Shown here: positions 1-7,326 of the stretch, piece after piece
How positions within the stretch are numbered: position 1 is the first letter of the stretch
How the letters are laid out: every line of letters begins with the position of its first letter
Assembly (NCBI GenBank): GCA_029858565.1
Contig: JAOUEV010000062.1
Span: 1 to 18,122 of the forward strand
DNA length: 18,122 nt
DNA from: Nitrospirota bacterium
Lineage (GTDB): Bacteria; Nitrospirota; UBA9217
Direction of reading: 5' to 3'
Translations under genes and position numbers: made by a program
Notes under the pieces: generated by a model
Told to the model about the DNA's origin: nothing
Seen by the model: only the letters and a program-made list of their open reading frames with translations
Database searches by the model: none

Positions 1-62
1 CATCAGATTGTCGCAGCACATGAGAACAAGGAGTGCGATGGATTCGAAGATTTGTTGTTTGC

Positions 63-90
63 TTGACATTGAAATATACTTTGCTATAGT
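63..90 (+). promoter_or_regulatory. sigma70-type promoter of the Rrf2 gene (probably leaderless transcript)
   Basis: TTGACA at 63-68, 16-bp spacer, extended -10 TGcTATAGT at 82-90. The ATG at 97 is 7 nt after the -10, and there is no Shine-Dalgarno (SD) upstream. Confidence 0.7.
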
Positions 91-96
91 AATCAC

Positions 97-504
97 ATGC
101 AACTTACTCGTGAAGGCGATTACGGAGTTCGAAGCGTATTATATCTGTCTCGACAACCTTATAAGAAGATCAGCTTTGTCTCTGAAATTGCTGATATGTA
201 CGGAATTCCCCGAAGTTTTCTCGCAAAAATACTTCAAAAACTTGTTAAATCAGGCATTGTAAAATCTTATCGCGGTGTAAAGGGAGGTTTTTCTCTTGCA
301 CGTCCTGCAAAAGAAATATCAGTGCTCGATGTTGTAGAATCGATAGAAGGGAAGATGGCCATGAATCTCTGCCTTGCTGACCGGAAGAAATGCGAGTTCC
401 TGCGACAGTGCCCGGTTCACCATGTATGGCACAATGCTCAACAGAAATTCATTGAGGAGCTGAAAAAACACAATTTTGATGATCTATCGCGTCAAAAAAA
501 ATGA
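97..504 (+). CDS. Rrf2 family transcriptional regulator (IscR/NsrR-like, Fe-S binding)
   Basis: N-terminal LTREGDYGVR, winged HTH (EIA...IPRSFLAKILQKL...SYRGVKGGFSLARPAKEISVLDVV), and three C-terminal Cys (CLADRKKCEFLRQCPVH). Confidence 0.95.
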   Translation: MQLTREGDYGVRSVLYLSRQPYKKISFVSEIADMYGIPRSFLAKILQKLVKSGIVKSYRGVKGGFSLARPAKEISVLDVVESIEGKMAMNLCLADRKKCEFLRQCPVHHVWHNAQQKFIEELKKHNFDDLSRQKK

Positions 505-671
505 TCTGACCAAGCCTGCTGAAAACATTAGAGAGAACTACGGGTCGTAATCGTGTGTGTGCCTAGGATGAGCTTGCATTCCTCCGTTAGGGCGAGTTAT
601 TAGTCCAGTGATGCCCGGAATATACAGATTATATGAATAGATCGTAACGCTTCGGTGGCCTAATAAAATGC

Positions 672-700
672 TTGCTATCCGGGCTTAAACAGGCTACATT
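672..700 (+). promoter_or_regulatory. putative sigma70 promoter of the cco operon
   Basis: TTGCTA (672-677), 17 bp, TACATT (695-700). SD AAGGAGG lies upstream of the ccoN ATG at 774. Confidence 0.5.
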
Positions 701-712
701 ATGTCCTGATTA
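686..712. promoter_or_regulatory. imperfect inverted repeat over the -10 box, candidate Rrf2 operator
   Basis: TAAACAGG-N11-CCTGATTA (7/8 arms) straddles the TACATT -10 element. Assignment to Rrf2 is inferred from adjacency. Confidence 0.4.
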
Positions 713-773
713 GGTGGCAAGCTTCGTGTGAAATCATCAGTGCGGCGGAAGATGATCCATAAGGAGGGATTGT

Positions 774-2171
774 ATGAGTGATTATGATTATGATCACGAA
801 ACAGTGAGAGGTTTTGTCCTGTCATCCGTTTTCTGGGGAGTCGTCGGTATTGTCATCGGGTTATGGATATCTGTCCAGATGTGGAGCGCAGGCTGGAATA
901 TCGCACCCTATTTCACCTTCGGGCGTCTGCGCGTTGTTCATACCAACGGACTTGCGTTCGGACTGGGTGTGGGGGCAATATTCGGAATATCCTATTATAT
1001 TCTCATGCGTCTGACAAAGCGCCCTTTGCTCTTTCCGGTATTGGCACGGGTGCAACTCTATGTGTTTAATATTGCCATAGCGCTCGCGGCCCTCAGTCTG
1101 TTCCTGGGCATGAACCAGTCCCTTGAATACGCTGAACTGGAGTGGCCTCTTGATATCGGTGTTGTAATCTTATGGGTCATGTTCGCGGTGAACGTATTCG
1201 GAACGATCATAAAACGTAAAGAAGAACAGATGTATATATCCTTGTGGTATGTCATCGCAACCGTGGTAGCGGTTGCTGTCCTGTATATTGTCAACAACCT
1301 GTCGATCCCCGCGGGATGGGATAAGTCCTATCATCTTTTTGCAGGAGTGAATAGCGCGAATGTGGAATGGTGGTACGGCCACAACGCAGTTGGTTTTGTG
1401 TTCACAACACCAATCCTGGCCATGTTCTACTACTTTCTTCCGAAATCAACAGGACTACCCATATACAGTCATCGTCTGTCGATTATAGCATTCTGGTCGC
1501 TCATATTCGCCTATCTCTGGACAGGAGCGCATCACCTCGTTTACACACCGCTTCCCGACTGGATCCAAACTTTGGCAATCGTTTTTACCATATTTCTGAT
1601 CGCCCCTTCGTGGGGTTCGGTGATCAATGGCTATTATACTGTGGGGAATGACTGGTCAAAGATGCAGACAAACTATCTTACAAAGTTCTTTATCTGGGGG
1701 ATAACTTTTTATGGCCTTCAGACAGTTCAGGGGCCGACCCAAGGGCTTCGTGTCGTTAGTCAACTGATCCACTACACGGACTGGGTTCCCGGCCATGTAC
1801 ATATGGGCACGATGGGCTGGGTTACAATGACCGTTACCGCATCAATGTACTATATCATTCCCAAGATAAGCAAAACCGATCTCTACAGCGTCAAGATTGC
1901 AAATACCCATTTTTGGCTGGTTTTGATAGGGCAACTTATGTTCTCAATAACCATGTGGATAACGGGTATTCAGCAGGGTGCACTATGGAAGGCTGTGAGT
2001 TCTGATGGAAGCCTAAAGTATACCTTCTACGAGACTCTCATTCGGAACTATCCCTATTGGCAGATGAGAACCATTGCCGGTGTTATTTTTACGATTGGAA
2101 TGCTGTTTTTTATATACAATATTCTCATGACGATCCGTAAGGGCAAAGCTCTTACGGCGTCGCAAGGGTAG
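774..2171 (+). CDS. ccoN: cbb3-type cytochrome c oxidase subunit I
   Basis: 465-aa polytopic protein with RLRVVHTN (heme b His), EYAELEWP, WWYGHNAVGF (CuB His), YLWTGAHHL (C-family Tyr plus CuB His pair) and GHVHMG (heme ligands). Confidence 0.97.
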   Translation: MSDYDYDHETVRGFVLSSVFWGVVGIVIGLWISVQMWSAGWNIAPYFTFGRLRVVHTNGLAFGLGVGAIFGISYYILMRLTKRPLLFPVLARVQLYVFNIAIALAALSLFLGMNQSLEYAELEWPLDIGVVILWVMFAVNVFGTIIKRKEEQMYISLWYVIATVVAVAVLYIVNNLSIPAGWDKSYHLFAGVNSANVEWWYGHNAVGFVFTTPILAMFYYFLPKSTGLPIYSHRLSIIAFWSLIFAYLWTGAHHLVYTPLPDWIQTLAIVFTIFLIAPSWGSVINGYYTVGNDWSKMQTNYLTKFFIWGITFYGLQTVQGPTQGLRVVSQLIHYTDWVPGHVHMGTMGWVTMTVTASMYYIIPKISKTDLYSVKIANTHFWLVLIGQLMFSITMWITGIQQGALWKAVSSDGSLKYTFYETLIRNYPYWQMRTIAGVIFTIGMLFFIYNILMTIRKGKALTASQG

Positions 2172-2180
2172 GAGGTCATC

Positions 2181-3113
2181 ATGGCGGGTGATATTTATAG
2201 AAAACCGATTCTATTTGCCATTGCTTCAACCGGGATGATCCTGGTGGGAACTATCGTGACGATGGTCTATCCCATGCTGACCCCTGATATGCATCCAAAA
2301 ATGGAGGCGTTGAAGCCTTTCACAGCGCTACAACTGGCAGGACGCGATATATACCAGCGAGAAGGTTGTAACAACTGTCATACGCAAACGGTAAGACCGT
2401 TGAAAACGGAAGTAATGCGATATGGTGAGTATTCAAAAGCAGGCGAATTTGCCTATGATCGTCCCTTTCTCTGGGGATCCAAGCGCACCGGCCCTGATCT
2501 CGCCCGCATTGGCGGCAAATATCCCGATGTTTGGCATTATCGGCATTTTGAAAATCCTCAGGCAATGTTCGAGAAGTCGAATATGCCCCAATACGCCTTT
2601 CTCAAAGAAGTCAAACTGGATCTGACAAAGGTCGAATCGCATATGAAGGCAAACGATTTCCCCTTTACCACCTCTGAGATCGCGACGCTTAAGGACAGGA
2701 CCGAAATGGATGCACTGGTTGCCTATATGCAGGTCATCGGCACTTCCGTGAGGAAGAAGGAAGTCCGTGCTGTTGCAGAAGCCTCGACTAGATCTCGCGA
2801 AAAGAATCCTTTTGCAGGCGATAAGAAAGCGATCGAACTTGGCAGGAAGCTTTATGCTGACAACTGCCAGATGTGTCATGGTGAGAATGGAAAAGGGGAT
2901 ATGGGGCCAAGCCTTGCCGATGATGTCTTCTTCGGTGTAAAGGGCGACCTGGCGGATGATGATTATTACGAAGTTATCAATAACGGAATCGAACCGGGCA
3001 TGGTCGAGGAAGGCAGGATAGCAAAAAGCTCCATGCCGTCATTCAAAGGAACATTGAGCAGGGAACAGATATGGTCGATCGTAGCGTATATCCGATCCCT
3101 GCAGGGGAAATAA
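2181..3113 (+). CDS. ccoO: cbb3-type oxidase subunit II fused to a C-terminal class I cytochrome c (CcoP-like heme domain); two CxxCH motifs
   Basis: CcoO motifs GRDIYQREGCNNCHTQ, LWGSKRTGPDLAR and SNMP. Second domain NPF...GRKLYADNCQMCHGENGKG...GPSL...MPSF...IWSIVAYI. SD GGAGG. Confidence 0.93.
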   Translation: MAGDIYRKPILFAIASTGMILVGTIVTMVYPMLTPDMHPKMEALKPFTALQLAGRDIYQREGCNNCHTQTVRPLKTEVMRYGEYSKAGEFAYDRPFLWGSKRTGPDLARIGGKYPDVWHYRHFENPQAMFEKSNMPQYAFLKEVKLDLTKVESHMKANDFPFTTSEIATLKDRTEMDALVAYMQVIGTSVRKKEVRAVAEASTRSREKNPFAGDKKAIELGRKLYADNCQMCHGENGKGDMGPSLADDVFFGVKGDLADDDYYEVINNGIEPGMVEEGRIAKSSMPSFKGTLSREQIWSIVAYIRSLQGK

Positions 3114-3123
3114 GGAGGCATCA

Positions 3124-3309
3124 ATGGCAGAAGAACTGGAAAATATAGATAAATTCGAGGCAAAGGAAACTCATAACAAGCTGCCTATAGGCTGGCTTAT
3201 CCTGTTCTGGGGGCTCATTATATGGGGAGCCTTCTATCTGTACATGTATACTCCGTCACTGGGCGGATGGAGCCAGGAAAAGGAATATCAGGAATCAGTG
3301 ACTAAGTAG
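3124..3309 (+). CDS. stand-alone CcoP/FixP N-terminal membrane anchor domain protein (61 aa, no heme)
   Basis: HNKLPIGWLILFWGLIIWGAFYLYMYTP...GWSQEKEY resembles the CcoP N-terminal pattern DNPLPxWWxxLFxxxIxWxxxY...P...W..EY. SD AGGAGG. No CxxCH. Confidence 0.85.
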   Translation: MAEELENIDKFEAKETHNKLPIGWLILFWGLIIWGAFYLYMYTPSLGGWSQEKEYQESVTK

Positions 3310-3323
3310 CCGCGTGGCAAATG

Positions 3324-3353
3324 ACAGCCGGGCATGATTGCAAGCCCGGCTGT
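3324..3353 (+). terminator. GC-rich stem-loop (weak intrinsic terminator or mRNA-stabilising hairpin)
   Basis: Perfect 10-bp stem ACAGCCGGGC / GCCCGGCTGT with a 10-nt loop, 14 nt after the stop at 3309. Only a broken T tract follows. Confidence 0.6.
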
Positions 3354-3399
3354 TTATGATGCATTTTATAACGGCACGTACATTGGAAAGGTGCTTACC

Positions 3400-3492
3400 A
3401 TGGATATCTCAATTGTCGCAACGATCGCTTTCACCGTCATCCCGACGATCGTAGTGGTATATTTGTTCGTAAAGTCATCGAAACACAAGTAG
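3400..3492 (+). CDS. 30-aa single-TM microprotein (MDISIVATIAFTVIPTIVVVYLFVKSSKHK), candidate small cbb3 subunit (CcoQ/CcoM-like role)
   Basis: Read manually. ATG 3400, TAG 3490-3492, SD-like GGAAAGG 8 nt upstream, one hydrophobic helix with a basic tail, ending 5 nt before the ccoG start. Confidence 0.7.
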   Translation: MDISIVATIAFTVIPTIVVVYLFVKSSKHK

Positions 3493-3497
3493 TTGCA

Positions 3498-4712
3498 ATG
3501 ACGATCCGTATTGGAGTCTGGAGATGGCTTGCAAAGATACTGCAAGCAGCAGGTGTTCTCGGAATACCGTTTCTCAGAATTAATGGAGAAAGCGTACTGC
3601 GATTTGATGTTCCTGCGCTGACCCTGCATGTGTTTGGAACCCGCTTGGCGATGGATGAGTTTTTTCTCGTTCTTGTCGCAGTCCTCTTACTTTCATTCCT
3701 GGTCGCTGTTCTGACCGTTCTTTTCGGTCGTATATGGTGCGGATGGGTCTGCCCGCAGACCGTGATAACTGATTTCACGGGGTTTGTTGATGCCGGTCTT
3801 CGTCGCGGGAAATTGTCCTATGCCGGATCGATCCTGCTGCTCGTCCCGATAAGTCTTTTGCTGGGCGCCAGCGTGATTTGGTACTTTGTGTCGCCATATG
3901 AGTTCTTTGACCGGCTCAGGACGCACACTCTGGGGCCGGTCGTCTGGACCTTGTGGATTTCTACGACCCTTATTACTTTTGCAAATTTATCGTTCATTCG
4001 ACGTTCCTTTTGCGCCACCATTTGTCCTTATGCAAAGATGCAAGGTATGCTCTTTGATGAGCAGACCTTGATCATCGCAATGGACCCTGAACGAAGGAAC
4101 GAATGCATGGGCTGTGATGCATGCGTCCGGGCATGTCCCGTGGGGATCGATGTTCGAAAAGGACTTCAATCCGCCTGTGTTAACTGCGCCGAGTGTATCG
4201 ACGCCTGCGCAGATAAGATGAACAGAAAAATGCGTGGGTCGCTCATCGGCTATCGATATGGTCTATCGGGTGGCAGATTCGTTCCGTGGCGAAAAGGAGT
4301 GGTTCTGTCGTCTGCTGGTTTAGCAGCATTCATGGTGCTATTTACGATTCTGGTTGTGTCCCGCCCGAGCGTCGAAATGGTCATCGTGCCGGATACCCGA
4401 TCGGAGCCGGCCATCACTTCAGAGGGCGATTTGCTCAATATGTTCACGATCACACTCACGAATAGAACCGGATCAGATCAGAAACTTATGATACAGGCAG
4501 TTAACAGCTTCGTCCGCGCGACGACTGTCCCTGGCAACGTACAGGTACGCAAGAACGACCGCGTGCGGATATCGATCGTAGTAAAGGTGCCAGGCAGCGA
4601 CTTGCGTAATAATTTGCCGATAAAGATCCCGGTCAAGGTGGTTTCAATGACAGATCCTTTGGTATCGGTAACTCAAACAATAAACCTGCAATATCCCCCT
4701 GATAACCTATGA
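3498..4712 (+). CDS. ccoG: cytochrome c oxidase accessory protein CcoG/FixG (membrane 4Fe-4S ferredoxin, cupric reductase family)
   Basis: GRIWCGWVCPQT, FCATICPY, CMGCDACVRACP and CVNCAECIDAC motifs, several TM helices, a C-terminal Ig-like beta region, and cco context. Confidence 0.93.
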   Translation: MTIRIGVWRWLAKILQAAGVLGIPFLRINGESVLRFDVPALTLHVFGTRLAMDEFFLVLVAVLLLSFLVAVLTVLFGRIWCGWVCPQTVITDFTGFVDAGLRRGKLSYAGSILLLVPISLLLGASVIWYFVSPYEFFDRLRTHTLGPVVWTLWISTTLITFANLSFIRRSFCATICPYAKMQGMLFDEQTLIIAMDPERRNECMGCDACVRACPVGIDVRKGLQSACVNCAECIDACADKMNRKMRGSLIGYRYGLSGGRFVPWRKGVVLSSAGLAAFMVLFTILVVSRPSVEMVIVPDTRSEPAITSEGDLLNMFTITLTNRTGSDQKLMIQAVNSFVRATTVPGNVQVRKNDRVRISIVVKVPGSDLRNNLPIKIPVKVVSMTDPLVSVTQTINLQYPPDNL

Positions 4713-5167
4713 ATAGACTCCTTGCAGCTGTTGTGACGATAGTACTGATCTTAATCATCTTGATGATCGTGATAGGGGCCAGAACCTTCGACGGGACGGT
4801 GGTGAAAGATCCCTATACTACCGCATTGCAGTGGGACCACAATATTCATGAGCAAAAGGCAGCAGGGTGGAAAGTCATACTGATGACACCTGTTGTCCGA
4901 TCAATGACCCCGGAAGTGACTGTCCACATCGTCGACAGGAAAGGGAACGATATGCGGGATGCAGTTGTGGAACTGTTCCTGACAAGGCCTTCAACTGATA
5001 ACTATGACAGTTTATACCGAATGGTGCACAAGGCAGCCGGCCAGTACGTGTCTCTTGTGAGGGTCCCCGCAGCGGGAAGGTGGACCATAAATCTTACCGT
5101 GCGCGGTGAAGGAAGGATTGTCAGCTACTCGGAAACGATGAACGTTGAATTGACCACACCGCACTAA
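4709..5167 (+). CDS. ccoH: FixH/CcoH family cbb3 assembly protein
   Basis: N-terminal TM helix, FDGTVVKDPY..ALQWD, LTRPS...D, GQY and GRW motifs. ATGA overlap with the ccoG stop. Confidence 0.82.
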   Translation: MNRLLAAVVTIVLILIILMIVIGARTFDGTVVKDPYTTALQWDHNIHEQKAAGWKVILMTPVVRSMTPEVTVHIVDRKGNDMRDAVVELFLTRPSTDNYDSLYRMVHKAAGQYVSLVRVPAAGRWTINLTVRGEGRIVSYSETMNVELTTPH

Positions 5168-5271
5168 ATAATCACCTTCGTGAACTCGCAATACAACATA
5201 CCTGGCGCCGCATATCCCGTCGACATTAATAGCTGATGTAGTACGATGTGTCCATCATAAAAAATAACCTC

Positions 5272-5300
5272 TTGACAGAAATCCTAGCAGTTGGTAAATT
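5272..5300 (+). promoter_or_regulatory. sigma70 promoter of the tetR-tolC-RND operon
   Basis: Perfect TTGACA (5272-5277), 17-bp spacer, extended -10 TGgTAAATT (5292-5300), A-rich tract upstream. Confidence 0.75.
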
Positions 5301-5310
5301 ATCAGCTCAA

Positions 5311-5330
5311 TTAATTAACCAGTTGATTAA
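5311..5330. promoter_or_regulatory. palindromic operator, likely TetR autoregulatory site
   Basis: TTAATTAAC-CA-GTTGATTAA (8/9 symmetric), just downstream of the predicted +1 and 8 nt before the tetR start. Confidence 0.65.
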
Positions 5331-5338
5331 ATAAAGCC

Positions 5339-6028
5339 GTGACTAAGACCATACTTACCAAAAAGACCGGGGCAGGAAGAAGGCCACGGAAGAATCTTGC
5401 TGTCATAGACAGTCGAGTCGCCATATTGACTTCTGCGAGAGGTGTGTTTGCTCAAAAGGGCTATGACGGGACGACCATGCGTGAGGTTTCATCGGCAGCA
5501 GGTGTAAATAACGCCATGATCTATTACCACTTTAAGGACAAGCAGGAGTTGTACCGTGCAGTACTGCTTGATTCGTTCTCAGCGCTTGAAAGCATATGGG
5601 AAAAGGAGATATTCCGCCAGGATGTTCCCGTACGCGAGAAGATACGTGTCTATGTCGATGAATTGATACGGTTCCACCTTGCCAATGAGGACCTGCGTCG
5701 GATCATCTTCCGTGAGTTCAACGTGTGCAGTGAAAACTGCCGTTGGATGGCTGACAAGCTCTTTTCCAAGACGTTCAAGAGGCTGGCTGCACTGCTGCAG
5801 GAAGGTGGAAGGCGCGGTGAAATACGGCCGTGCGATCCTGCTTTTGCCGTCCCTGCCATAGTCGGCATGGTGACCCATATATTCATGGTTCATCCTGTTG
5901 CGGAACATATTTCCGGCAAACAGCTTATCATAACACCATCCCGTCTTGGAGCATTCGTAACGGACCTCTTTTTCGACGGTCTGGGAATCACGAAATCTGA
6001 TAATAGTGCAGAAAAAAGGAAACTATGA
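5339..6028 (+). CDS. TetR/AcrR family transcriptional regulator
   Basis: HTH: ILTSARGVFAQKGYDGTTMREVSSAAGVNNAMIYYHFKDKQELY. GTG start; the exact start is uncertain. Confidence 0.95.
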   Translation: MTKTILTKKTGAGRRPRKNLAVIDSRVAILTSARGVFAQKGYDGTTMREVSSAAGVNNAMIYYHFKDKQELYRAVLLDSFSALESIWEKEIFRQDVPVREKIRVYVDELIRFHLANEDLRRIIFREFNVCSENCRWMADKLFSKTFKRLAALLQEGGRRGEIRPCDPAFAVPAIVGMVTHIFMVHPVAEHISGKQLIITPSRLGAFVTDLFFDGLGITKSDNSAEKRKL

Positions 6029-7314
6029 TGAGCCGAACAGGACTGATGTTCATTCTGCTGCTGGGACTCTTTTCTTCCGCCCGTGCCGAAACTGCGGTGT
6101 ATACGATCCAGGATGCTTATAACTCCGCATTGCGCTCCCATGAGGCAGTGAAGATAGCTGAGGAATCTCGCATACAGACGGAAAGCAGGGTTGATCAGGC
6201 GAAGACCTATCTCTATCCGCGGTTGACAGGAAATGGAGCCTATACTCGATACAATGAGGTCCTTCCACCGGGCGGCGGGTTTGTTTTTCAGCCGATTGAC
6301 GAGATCCGCGCAGGTATCGTTCTGACCCAGCCGCTCTATACCGGCGGCAGGACCATGGCTGCCTGGCGGGCAGCCATGGATATGAATGAAGCAAGCAGGC
6401 ATGAGCTGGCTAGTACACGCCAGAGCATTATGGCAGGCGTTGCCGAATCCTATTATGCGGTGATCAAGGCCCAGAAATTGCTGGATGTCAGCAAACAGTC
6501 CCTGGTACGCATGGAGCGGCATAAAAAAGTAACAGAGCGCGAGGCCGCTACCCGTAAGACAAAAGCCAATGCCTCGGCACTGTTGCGAGCGAATACACTT
6601 GTCAACCAAGCTCGGATCGGCGTGCTTCGCGCAGAGGATGGGCTTACGATCGCCCGTCAAAGGCTGTCGCTTGTGACGAATTTGCCTGCGGATATTGAGG
6701 TTGTGGAACCGGATCCATTGCAGGAACCTGAGGAATCGGTGGCTGTCATCATGCTGACAGCTCTTCAGCAGCGCGACGATTATGCGCGTTCCCAACTGGA
6801 TCGGAAAGTGTCGGAAGAGTTCGTTGCTATCACACAAGGTGGCCATTATCCTCAGGTTTATGCGGAGGGCGGGATCCGCTATACGCAATCCGAGCCGAAT
6901 ACACAGATGGACGGTACGATCTACTACGGCGGCTTGAGACTTCAGATCCCGATTTTTGAAGGTGGCTTGATGAAATACGAGGTTTCTGAAGCAAGATCGA
7001 AACAGCGCCAGGCAGATCTCGCCAGTTCCTTGCTGAAACGACGGATCGAGGCTGAGGTGCATGAAGCCTATATTAACTATCAGACGATAACGGCTGTACT
7101 TGCGACCGCAAAACTCCAGCTTGCCGATGCCCGAAGCAATTTTGATGCTGTAGAGGGGCTCTTTGCCGAAGGGCTTGTCCCGAGCCTTTCATTGATAGAC
7201 GCAGAGCAGGCGCTTTCCCTGGCAGAGCGGGAATTGGTATCTGTGATGCTGGACCGCCAACTTTCCATTATCCGGTTGGAAAAAAGCGTCGGTATGCTCG
7301 GCAAAAGATCATAA
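6025..7314 (+). CDS. TolC family outer membrane efflux protein (intact)
   Basis: Signal peptide ending ARA, two OEP repeats (YLYPRL...LTQPLYTGG; GHYPQV...LQIPIFEGG), coiled-coil helices. ATGA overlap with tetR. Confidence 0.93.
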   Translation: MMSRTGLMFILLLGLFSSARAETAVYTIQDAYNSALRSHEAVKIAEESRIQTESRVDQAKTYLYPRLTGNGAYTRYNEVLPPGGGFVFQPIDEIRAGIVLTQPLYTGGRTMAAWRAAMDMNEASRHELASTRQSIMAGVAESYYAVIKAQKLLDVSKQSLVRMERHKKVTEREAATRKTKANASALLRANTLVNQARIGVLRAEDGLTIARQRLSLVTNLPADIEVVEPDPLQEPEESVAVIMLTALQQRDDYARSQLDRKVSEEFVAITQGGHYPQVYAEGGIRYTQSEPNTQMDGTIYYGGLRLQIPIFEGGLMKYEVSEARSKQRQADLASSLLKRRIEAEVHEAYINYQTITAVLATAKLQLADARSNFDAVEGLFAEGLVPSLSLIDAEQALSLAERELVSVMLDRQLSIIRLEKSVGMLGKRS

Positions 7315-7326
7315 GCGAGGTCATTC

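Noticed and set aside
8-262. 84-aa ORF overlapping rrf2
   Set aside because: It is out of frame with a clear Rrf2 gene, runs through its promoter and has no recognisable domain.
505-773. Possible ncRNA, riboswitch or FNR/CRP box in the 269-bp rrf2-ccoN spacer
   Set aside because: I recognise no riboswitch consensus and no TTGAT-N4-ATCAA. TGTGA at about 727 lacks a matching half-site, and the ATCATC/GATGAT stem is too weak to call.
5890-7062. 390-aa minus-strand ORF
   Set aside because: It lies antisense to the well-supported tolC and tetR genes and has no recognisable motifs, so it is a shadow ORF.
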